Shown in pieces: positions 36,115 through 46,027 of a stretch of 64,000 nt of DNA. The position numbers and the translations under genes were made by a program. This DNA is from Mobula hypostoma (lineage: Eukaryota): NCBI RefSeq assembly GCF_963921235.1, contig NC_086097.1, forward strand, positions 11,284,001 to 11,348,000, written 5' to 3'. Position 1 is the first letter of the stretch. Every line of letters starts with the position of its first letter. The notes under the pieces are model-generated. The model had not been told where the DNA came from. It saw only the letters and a list, made by a program, of their open reading frames with translations, and ran no database searches.

Positions 36115-37135
36115 ACAGAACAGAGCAGTACAGCACAGTACAGGCCCTTTAGCCCACAATGTTGTACCAACTTTTTATCCTACTCCAAGATCGCTCTAAC
36201 CTTCCTTCCAACATAGCCTCCCTGTTTTTATCATCCCTGTGCCTATCTCTAGAGTCTCTTAAATGTCACCTACTGTACGCATCCGCCTCCACCACCACCC
36301 GTGGCAGTGTGTTCCATGCACTCACCACTCTTGTAAAGAACTTACCTCTGGCATCTCCCCCCCCCCCCATATTTTCCTCCAATCACCTTAAAGTTGTACC
36401 TCTCATATTAGCCATTGCCACTCTGGGAAAGAGTTGCCAGCTATTCAATGCCTCTTATCATCTTTTACACTCCTATCACTTCACCCTTATATTCCTTCGC
36501 TCCAAAGGGAAAAGCTCACTCAACTTTTCCTCAGAAACCCCGCTTTTTAATCCAGGCAGATGTGATGTTAAGATAGGAAAGGGACTCTGAGATAAAAGAT
36601 TAGCTATAATGTCAATGAAAGGAGGAGTAGGCACAACGTTTTTCTATCAACCTTGTGCCTATTTAAGAGTCTCTTAAATATCCCTAATTTATCTGCCTCT
36701 ATGACCACTCCCAGCAGTGCATTCCATGTACCCACTAATGTAAAAAACCTACCTCTGATATCACCCCCTCATACTTTTTTCCAATCACCTTAAATTAATG
36801 CCCCCTCATATTCGCCTTTTCTGCCCTGGGAAAACATGTTTGGCTCTCCAATCCATCGATGCCTCTTATCAGTTTGTACATCGCTATCGTCATCTCGCAT
36901 CTTATCATGCTTCAAAGAGAAAAAGGTCTAGCTCGCTCGACCTTTTCTCATAAAACATGCTCTCTAATCCAGGCAACAGCCTGGTAAATCCCGACTGCTT
37001 TGACTTTGACTTTTGACTAAAGCTTCTACATCCTTCCTATAATGAGACTACTAGAACTAAACACAATAGTCCAAGTGTGGTTTAGCCAGGGTTTTATAGA
37101 GCTGGAAAGTTACCTCACGGCTCTTGAACTCAAAC
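36115..37135 (-). mobile_element. Two adjacent decayed CR1 3' fragments (~36115-36560, ~36640-37135)
   Basis: Mutually similar (aacttacctctg / aacctacctctg ... ccaatcaccttaa) and match CR1 3' ORF2 on the minus strand. Confidence 0.7.
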
Positions 37136-37242
37136 GCTTGAACATGTTTCATGTTCTAAACAGACAGGAAAGGAATGATTGGAGAAAATGATCAAAGGCA
37201 ACAGCAGAACTCAATATTGACTTTTTTCCCCTCTCTATAGAT

Positions 37243-37323
37243 CATGGGTTCCCAACCTTTTTTATGCCATGGACCCCTACCATTAAACGAGGGGGTCCAT
37301 GGACCCCTGTCTGGAAATCCCTG
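37243..37323. mobile_element. Tiny decayed hAT-like MITE
   Basis: catgggttcccaacc ... ggaaatccctg termini with internal ccatggacccc / ggggtccatgg symmetry. Confidence 0.45.
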
Positions 37324-37569
37324 CTGTTGATGGTGCTTGACCTGCTGAACATTTCCACATCTTTTGTTTTTTTATTTACTCTTACTAACAGTACTAGTGT
37401 AAAACAAAAACCACCCGAAACAAAGAAAAGTCCAAATCAATATAACCGATCCCACATTCTTTAAAAGGAACTATGTAGTCAATGGTAAATTCTTGTTCAA
37501 TACTTTAAGGGTATTGCCCCAAGAATCTGCTCTGTAAACCCAAAATAATCAAAATAGATCATCCTCTAC

Positions 37570-38063
37570 TGTAAAGATGAAGCCGCACTCAGGTTGGAGG
37601 AACAACACCTTATATTCCATCTGGGTAGCCTCCAACCTGGTGGCATGAACATCGACTTCTCTAACTTCCGCTAAGGCCCCACCTCCCCCTCGTACCCCAT
37701 CTGTTACTTATTTTTATGCACACATTCTTTCTCTCACTCTCCTTTTTCTCCCTCTGTCCCTCTGAATATACCCCTTGCCCATCCTCTGGGTCCCCCCCCC
37801 GTCTTTCTTCCCGTACCTCCTGTCCCATGATCCTGTCATATCCCTTTTGCCAATCACCTGTTCAGCTCTTGGCTCTATCCCTCCCCCTCCTGTCTTCTCC
37901 TATCATTTTGGATCTCCCCCTCTCCCTCCAACTTTCAAATCCCTTACTCACTCTTCCTTCAGTTAGTCCTGACGAAGGGTCTCGGCCTGAAACGTCGACT
38001 GCACCTCTTTCTACAGATGCTGCCTGGCCTGCTGCGTTCACCAGCAACTTTGATGTGTGTTGC
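37570..38063 (+). mobile_element. Young Penelope-like element 3' end
   Basis: Encodes CKDEAALRLEEQHLIFHLGSLQPGGMNIDFSNFR* (GIY-YIG C-terminus), then a pyrimidine tract and an intact hammerhead core. Confidence 0.88.
37964..38001 (+). ncRNA. Minimal type I hammerhead ribozyme motif
   Basis: Stem I (U)AGUC/GACU(G); core CUGACGA 37969-75; stem II AGG/CCU; GAAA 37989-92; loopless palindromic stem III ACGU; GUC cleavage triplet ending at 37996. Confidence 0.8.
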
Positions 38064-38344
38064 TAAAATAGATCTCTGCACTGTTTTGCTGTGGGATCTA
38101 TTCTCCTGCTGTTGGACAGTAAAATGGACAATTACAGTTTTATTCTGACTTCCAGAAAAGAATAATAATATACCGACCAAAAACAAAACTTGTTAATTTA
38201 CAGATGAAGGAATCGCTAATATAAAATCATTGTGTGAACCACTTGGACTCATTGACAATCTGGTTTGAAGTACTCTGTTAATGCAAGTAGTTCAGCACTG
38301 AAGCATAGATGTCAGCACAAAGCTTTACAGTGATTACTAATCAG

Positions 38345-38615
38345 AGATCAATTTCTTCCACTGCCTGTAAGGAGTTTGTACAATTCCCCTCGTGACTGTG
38401 TGGGTTTCCTCCGGATTCCCCAATTTCTTTTCATTGTCCAAAGACGTACAGTTAGGGTTAGTGAGTTGTGAGCACGCTATGCTGCCGCTGGAAACGTGGC
38501 AAAACTTGTGCACCAGCCAGCACAATTCTTGCTGATTGATTTGAAGCAATTGACGCGTTTTACCGTATACAGTATTTCAATGTTCTGATGTACGTGTGAC
38601 AAATAAAGTTAATCT
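38345..38615 (+). mobile_element. V-SINE-type SINE fragment
   Basis: ctgtaaggagtttgtac...gtgggtttcctccgg core and a tgtgacaaataaag tail. Confidence 0.65.
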
Positions 38616-40403
38616 TTCTTTATCATTTCTTCCTTCTTTTTTAACATGTACTCAGGTGTAAGGAACTTATAATTTCCCATTGTCTTTTGACTTTATCTGA
38701 CTTTTGCCTGTATTACCTATTAATCTCGGTTCATGTTTCTAAATTTCACACATGTAGGCGAGATATTAAAGTTGATATCACTCTCAGCTGCACACAGAGA
38801 GGTGAACAGGTTGGGGCGTGTCCTTTCAACCCCCATTAAAAATGAAGAAACATTATTAGAAGGAAAAAACTTACATGAAATAAATAGATTCTTGCTTTAA
38901 AAAGGATTCTTTAATAATACGAAGAACCTTGTCTGGTTTTTGCACTGGAAGCAGGAGGCCTAACTGTTTATAAGGATAATAAATACCTTAGTAACACTTT
39001 ACAAGTGTCATCGTTTGAACTCAATTGACACTTCAAGCTAATTACAATAATCACAGCTTTAAGAATGTCTGCTTATCTCTCCTAATCACATAGTACAAGG
39101 TTGGCCTTTGACGCTTTTATATGAAGCATGTATTATTTAATCAAAATCTTCACAGGGAAATGGCACCCGTACGGAAGAGGGCTGCTCTTATTTTGTGTTT
39201 CTATGTGCAAGCCTTGCAATTTAATGTTAAAAAAAATCAGCCCTGGGTCTTTAATCTGTCTCCCTTCTACCTTATGTATTGTCAGATTACATGGTCGTTT
39301 TTACCTTATCAATGAATATTTTTAGCTGGAGAGCGGATACTGTCAAAGATTCTACATGACTGTCGAGGCACAGCAGGGGGTTCTTCCAATATATCGTTGA
39401 TGAGCTACTTTCTGGCAGTGGCGATATCACCCAAATTACAGTACTTAGCGTTTAATTGCATGAGGTCAGAACCAGAGGCTTTTTGTCACAGACAAGCAGG
39501 TTGTGTGATTAATCAATCAGGCTGGAACAAATGGGGAGATCAAACTAGTATCTAAAATCCACAGAACTGGCATCAGTGTATTGACATTTGTCAAATTATT
39601 CATGAAGGAAATCCAAAGAATTTAGTGCAAGATATTCAAAGATTGAACACATTGTCATTTAATTGTATTTTATTGCTCCTAAATTTGATGCCACTGTAGT
39701 TCGATTTGGAGCGGAATAGTATTGAAATGTTCTATGATGAATTTAACCAGCAGGCAGCCAAGAGCGATAGAACAGAATAGGGGGATCTTTAATTAAGACT
39801 GGAGAAATTCACAAAGTGACGAATAAAGCTCACCATTTTTTGTAATTAAGCAGAAATACGAGGAAAGCAGACTTAGTCCTTTCAGAGAATTTGGAGTGTA
39901 TTAATAAAAGAAATGAAGACAGATTGTTTGGGCCCTTGTTTCAGTTACTTTACTCAATTTCCGACCCAAAGGCTGCTGTCAAAATAATGGTGATGCTGAT
40001 AGCCCTGACTGTTATTTAGTGTGCAAATGGAACAGCGGTTTCAGGCAGAGAATAAATCTGGACACTGAAAAGTCGCTCTGCAAGCTGCAATGCCCCTTCT
40101 GCTACAATGCATTCAGTGACATTAGGATCCTGTACTTGTGCTACTGATACAGTTACTCACCAGAGAAAGTTAAGTCAAATGAAGTCACTTCAAGTGTAAG
40201 CTCCCTTTTAACAACATAATAAGTATTAATTATTCCCAATCAACCTCGCTGCACTGAAAATTAACCATTACAATTGTAGTGTCTCATTTCTTAAGGTTTT
40301 ATATTTTTGTTGAAGAGTAAAATAAAATTAAAACTTTATAAAAAGCATTCTATTTCACTTCCTTTTCTTCTCTCTCTCTCTATCCAGTGTTCTACTTCCA
40401 CGC

Positions 40404-40484
40404 CCAATGTGACATTAAACTCACACAAAGTCCCGGAGGATCTCAATTGCTTAGGCATTTTGTGTGAGTTTAATGTCACATTGG
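40404..40484. repeat. Perfect 26-bp inverted repeat with a 29-nt spacer
   Basis: CCAATGTGACATTAAACTCACACAAA (40404-29) / TTTGTGTGAGTTTAATGTCACATTGG (40459-84). Confidence 0.95.
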
Positions 40485-40494
40485 TCAGGTAGCA

Positions 40495-40935
40495 TCAGAT
40501 GGCTGTGGACCTGTACCTAATGGAATTCAGAAGAATGAGGGGTGACCTCATTGAAACCTACCGAATGTTGAAAGGCCTCAACAGAGTGGTTGTGGAGAGG
40601 ATGTTTCCTATTTGGTGGGGGAGTCTAAGACCAGAGGATACAGCCTCAGACTAGAGAGATTTTTAGAAGTAAAAGACAAAGTCAAACAGAAATGCGAAGG
40701 CATTTCTTTAGCCAAAGAGTGGCAAATGTGTGGAATTTGTTGCCATAGGCGGCTGTGGAGGCCATGTCGTTGGGTATATTTAGGGTAGAGGTTGATTAGT
40801 CAGGGCATGAAGGGATACAGGGAGAAGGCAGGAGACTGAGACTGAGAGGGAAAATGGATTAGCTAAGATGAAATGGCAGAGCAGATGATGAGCCAAATCG
40901 CCTAATTCTGCTCCCATATCTTATGGCTTTATGGT
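40495..40935 (+). mobile_element. CR1 LINE 3' end
   Basis: EFRRMRGDLIETYRMLKGL...FFSQRV.N.WNLLP and a (tcttatgg) tail. Confidence 0.85.
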
Positions 40936-41459
40936 CATCTATGGAGAGGAATAAGCTTTTGACATTTCAGGCAAACCCTTTATCAGGACTCTATGGAGAG
41001 GAATATGGCTCTCCAGTATCTGCAGAATATTTTTTTGTTTATGACATTAAACTTACCTACAGTCTGTGCACTCTTCATTTTGCAATCTTTCAATCTGCTC
41101 AATTAATGAGATTATGGCTGGTCCGCGAATGTGGATGTCCAGAGACCACCAGTATTTCCCTTATACATAATCAACAGCCGAGACAAAGAGCTTGCATTAT
41201 CAGCAACTTGCCACATTAAATATCTCAGAAGGTTAAACCGACCAAGGCAAGCGTGCAGAAGGGTAGCAATTACTGATAACCTTGTCACAATGATGACCAA
41301 TCAGAAAGAAATTTACTAATTGGGATATTGCAGTGACAAAGGTTGGGAATCAAAAGAACACAAGAAAGTAGAGGCAGTAGACCTCTCGGCCTCTCAAACC
41401 TGCCCCATATTCAGTGTGATCATGGCTGATCTATGCTGGCTTCAAGTCCTCTCTTTTAT

Positions 41460-41735
41460 TAGAGATACTATGTAAAACAGGCTCTCCAGCCCAACAAGCT
41501 GCACCCCTCAGCAACCCACCTATTTAACCCTAGCCGAATCACAGGACAATTTACAATGACCAATTCACCTACTAAATGGTAAGCCTTTGGACTGTGGAGG
41601 GAGACCACAGCACCCGGAGGAAACTCATGTGCTCACAAGAAGAATGTACTGTACAAACTTTCTTACAGAGGATGCCAGAATTGAACTCCGATGTCCCGAG
41701 GTGTAAAAGCATGCACTAACTACTACGCTACCTTG
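41460..41735 (-). mobile_element. V-SINE-type SINE nested in a minus-strand CR1 3' end (~41355-42090)
   Basis: Same family as 21060-21360. Confidence 0.7.
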
Positions 41736-42212
41736 GCTGTTCTGTGCCAAATCCCCATAACCCTCAATTCCTCAAACTTTCAAACATTTATCTATCTCCA
41801 CCTCAAATATAACACCATCACTCCTGGAGGCAGAGAATTCCACAAATTTACTAACCTCTGAGAGAAGAAATGTTGACACGCTTCTCAGTTTTAAATGATC
41901 ACCACCTTACTCTGGAGCTAGAGCACAGGAGTGAAACCATCTTTCTTGTCAAAACCTCTCAGGGACTTAAATGTTTGAGTAAGGTTACACCTCATTTTTC
42001 TAAAGTTCATGGAATTTAGATTCAAATTGCTGACTGGTTTTGAGAGGACAACCCTCTCATCTGAACAACTAGCCTGGTGAATCTCCTCCAATGATACTAT
42101 ATCCATCGAGGAAGCCTGGATATGCATCAGATCCCTGGTTTCACAGAAGTCAGGAATCAGTATTCTCAGAGTGGTACTTGAATCAGAAACAGGTTTAATA
42201 TCACTGGCAATG

Positions 42213-42757
42213 AAAATGCTGGAGGAACTCAGCAGGCCGGGCAGCACCTATGGAAAAGAATAAGCAGCCGATGTTTTGGGCCAAGACCCTTCATCAGGAC
42301 TGGAAAGGAAGAGGAGAAGGCAGAGTCAGTAGGTGGGAGGGGGACAGGTGGAAGAAGTACAAGGTGGCAGGTGACAGACAAAACTTGAAAATGGGGAAGG
42401 ATAAAGTAAAGATCTAGGAAGTTGATCAGTGAAAGAGATAAAGGGCTGGAGATGGGGGAATCTGATAGGAGAGGACAGAAGACCATGGAAGATAGGGAAG
42501 GGTTCGAGCACCAAAGGGAGGTGATGAGCAGGTAAGGAGATAAATTAAGAGAGGGAAATAAGAATGGAGAATGGTGAAATGGTGGGGGGGGGGGGCAATT
42601 ACCGGAAGTTCAAGAAATTGATGTTCATGCCATCAGGTTGGAAGCTACCCAGATGAAATATAACATGCTGCTCCTCCAACCTGAGTGTGGCCTCATCCTG
42701 GCAGCAGAGGAGACCATGGACTGACATGTCAGAATGGGAATGGAGAGTAGAATTGAA
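42213..42757 (-). mobile_element. Penelope-like element 3' end
   Basis: Minus strand encodes FNSTLHSHSDMSVHGLLCCQDEATLRLEEQHVIFHLGSFQPDGMNINFLNFR, then a degenerate hammerhead. Confidence 0.85.
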
Positions 42758-42785
42758 AGCTGTGAATACCAGAAGCTGCTGACGC

Positions 42786-43213
42786 TGTAGTGTGACCAGA
42801 TGCTATAGTTTTGAAGACAGTATTATCCATAGTTATAAATATTAATTGTCCTCTATGTTAGCACGTAAAATACCAAATAAATGTATTGTGGATTTGACTT
42901 GTACTCCTAAAGGCTGTGAGTACCAACCCAGACTTGTTGGCGTCAGGAAGAAAGGATGAAGTCAGAAGGTGTGATGTTTTGTATGTGGCTTCAAAAGGAA
43001 GCATTGTCTATGCATTGTCTATAACTTTGTAAGTAGCGATTGCCTTTTGTGTTTAGCATATAAATATCGAGCCCATATTGGGCTAGCAGACCTTTCCACT
43101 GAAAGTGTCTCCGTCCGTATGATGCCTGCTGTACCTTGTTGTGTCGAATAAAGAAGCTGCTTTGTATCTACCAGTGACTCTGTCTCTCTGGTGATTTCAT
43201 CCACGCCACAACA
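42786..43213 (+). mobile_element. Possible solo LTR (left boundary uncertain)
   Basis: AATAAA at ~43147 followed by a U5-like end cacaaca; tgtagtg is a possible start. No TSD found. Confidence 0.4.
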
Positions 43214-44075
43214 CTACTAACTGTTATATTTTTGGACTGTGGGAGGAAACAGGAGCATCCAGAGGAAACCCACACGCTTCACAGGGAGAAGGTACAAACT
43301 TCTTACAGGAGGTACCGAAACTGAACTCTGAAATCTGGAATGTCTCGAGCTTTAGTACCATGCTGTCCACTACGTATCTGTTCGTTTAAAAAAGTTGCAG
43401 GGTTATAGGGAAAGCCCAAGGAAATAAAACTGATTGTATTGCTTCACAAAGACCAACTGCAGGCACAAATGGGACAAGTGCAGTGATTATATAATGCTAT
43501 TTTATTGTTAACATTAGTGACTCAGCATGCAGGATAAAGAACATGGGAGACGAGTCATTCAGAGCATAAGCTTTGGCATAGATTTGTGAGCTGATATGGA
43601 TAATTATACAATTTTGCACCATAAATTCATGATAAATGCTTCATTGACTAAAGCAAGCAGCAACCATTGGCTTCACTTCTTTACCTTACACTACTCACGG
43701 CTTCCTTTTCAGAAAGTCAATCATATTTCATTTATCACCGCAAAACAAAGGACTACAATAGAATGGAGCAGCACAGTAGCATAGCGGTTAGCACAACGCC
43801 TTACAGTACCAGGGACCTAGGTTCAATTCCCAGGCCAGAAGGGCATACTCTGCACTGTATGTCAATAAAAAGTCATTAAACATATCCACGAGGATAAGAC
43901 ACAAAAAATAAGCGGTGATATGAATGCCATCACATTGGGTTTCACATTGTTTCCAGATCTTAAACTCAGAGTTCAAACTTTTGCCACTTTGAACTCCTTA
44001 GTCAATAAACATTCCTACAATATATGATCTATAACTGCAATACTATTGCTGTTTTTTTTGACTCCGTTAACTTAC

Positions 44076-44188
44076 TAGAATGGCAGCTAAGTGAGTCATT
44101 CCTTTGTGAGTCAGTTTGTTGTTCCAAAGAATAAGTGTTTTCAGTCCTTGCTTCTGTCCTTTAAGACCTTCACAGATGTCCTCCAGTC
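44076..44188 (-). CDS. PPP1R37: PPP1R37-family exon (113 bp): (G)LEDICEGLKGQKQGLKTLILWNNKLTHKGMTHLAAIL
   Basis: tttctag acceptor, CTA|gtaagt donor, phase 1/0. ICEGLK...GL.TL.LWNN.LTH.GM motif. Absent from the ORF track; found by reading the minus strand. Confidence 0.93.
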
Positions 44189-44450
44189 CTAGAAACAGAT
44201 ATGACTTATTAACCTTTGTTAACCTTACTCACAATGTTATGTACTTTTCAATCTTGTATGTCATGGTCTGATCCGTTGCTGACAGCATATGCAGTACAAG
44301 CAAGGATGTACAAGAGCTTCAAAGTTTTAGGAACAGCTTCTTCCCCTCTGGCACCAGATTTCTGAACAGGTCCATGAACACTACCTCAGTATTTTGCTCT
44401 CTCTTTTACACTACTTGTTTGTATATATACTCTTTACTATAACTTACAGT

Positions 44451-44662
44451 AACACACACAAAATACTGGAGGAACTCAGCAGGTCAGGCATTATCTATGA
44501 AGAGGAATAATGAGGAACATTTTGGGTGAGACCTTACATCAGGACCCTAATGAAGGGTCTTGGTCTGAAACATCAGCTTTTTATTCTTCCTCATAGATGC
44601 TGCTAGACCCGCTGAATTTTTTGTGTTGTTCTGGATTTCCAACATCTGTAGAATCTCTTGTA
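44451..44662. mobile_element. Fold-back pair of Penelope pseudo-LTR fragments
   Basis: A minus copy joined directly to a plus copy at the hammerhead region (~44545). Confidence 0.7.
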
Positions 44663-44908
44663 TTTGAACTTAATGGTAACTTTTTATGTATTGTACTGTG
44701 TTGTAGATGCAAAACAAAAAGAATTCATGATATAGAGTTTTGTATGTCAGTGGTAATAAACCTGATTCTTCAGTAAATGCTGTCACTGAAAATTCAGTAG
44801 GAATTATTTGTTATTAACTGGCCTACAGAGTGTTGGACAGCTCTCTCTTCATGGCATAGTTTTCCACAATAATTTGAAACATTTGCTCATTTACGCTTAT
44901 CCTTTATG

Positions 44909-46027
44909 CAGTGGATTCTAATTGATTGGGCCATCAGTTAATCGGGGGCAGCGGCTTATTTGGGACCATTCTTAAGCCTGATTTATACCTGTGCGTACGG
45001 GCTATGCCGTAGGCCTGATTTATACTTCTGTGTAGCCCTATGCCGTAGCGAGCATGTGTTGTGTCTACGTCGCTCTGCAATTCACCGCCAAAACGCTAGT
45101 TGGCGGTGGGATTTCTATGCCACTGTGTTGAGCTTCTCTTGAGAGACATGGACGAGGAAATGCATTTCAAATATTTTCGGATGTAGGCAGGTAGATATGA
45201 TGATTTGGTTCAACGTCTCCAACCATTTATTTCGCCTCAGTGTACAGTCATGGTGGAGGAAAGCAACCACAAGTGCGATGCTACCAAGCAGACCAATCAC
45301 GGATGTTGCGGTCAGCGTCGCCACGACGTCTGAGTTACTTTTTTGGGGAGGTGCACGTCATCCTACAGCGTAGGGTACGCAGTATCTATGGCGTACATTT
45401 GACACAGAAGTATAAATCAGGCTTCAAAGAACAAAGACTAAACAAGAAAATAGCTGGAATTTCCTTTGTTTATTTGGTATATTATGCCACTTTATTGGGA
45501 CAGCCTTCTGTTGCCGAACAGTTTTGAATTTGTGACAATCATGTGCATTTGTATGGCTGTTAGATACTACACCATGCTTATAGTGAGCAGTTATTAAATA
45601 GCGTTGCATGTGCTTGTGTTTTCCATTCAGGCTGATGAATTTTGATTCAAAAAAACAACTATTTTTGATGATTTTATGATTATTTTTTGAAATTTAAAAA
45701 CTTGAACCCTTGCCAAAATGCCTCAAGATTTGACACTTGCCAAAAAATTTACAATTAGCGGCTATGCCGATATTGTTCATTTACATTTAATCAAAAGAAC
45801 ACAGCAGTTTACACTGGATGGATTCCTCTGTGTTCTAATTTGCACTCTATTTCATATAAATACAGAATTTATTGCTCAGTTAAACAGTAGTTTGGCTTTT
45901 TTAATACTACTTTTAACTGTTTTGTAGTTTTTAACTATTTCCATGAAACTTCAGCTAATAGGGGCAGCCAGTTAAATTGGCCAAAATGTACTGGTCACGG
46001 TGTGTCCCAATTAACTGGAATCGACTG
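44909..46027. mobile_element. Decayed Tigger/pogo-like non-autonomous element hosting a Harbinger insertion
   Basis: Inverted termini cagtggattc..ttgattggg / cccaattaactggaatcgactg with sub-terminal ggggcagc repeats. Confidence 0.6.
44975..45423 (+). mobile_element. PIF/Harbinger-type deletion derivative
   Basis: TIR AGCCTGATTTATAC / GTATAAATCAGGCT with TTA/TCA flanks. The internal remnant DEEMHFKYFRM*..YDDLV.RLQP resembles a Harbinger transposase N-terminus. Confidence 0.75.

Noticed and set aside
41057..41160. Possible extra minus-strand exon ending in AG|gtaagt
   Set aside because: The open frame (GKYWWSLDIHIRG...) has no LRR similarity and the flanking exons already join in phase. A non-coding or alternative exon cannot be excluded.
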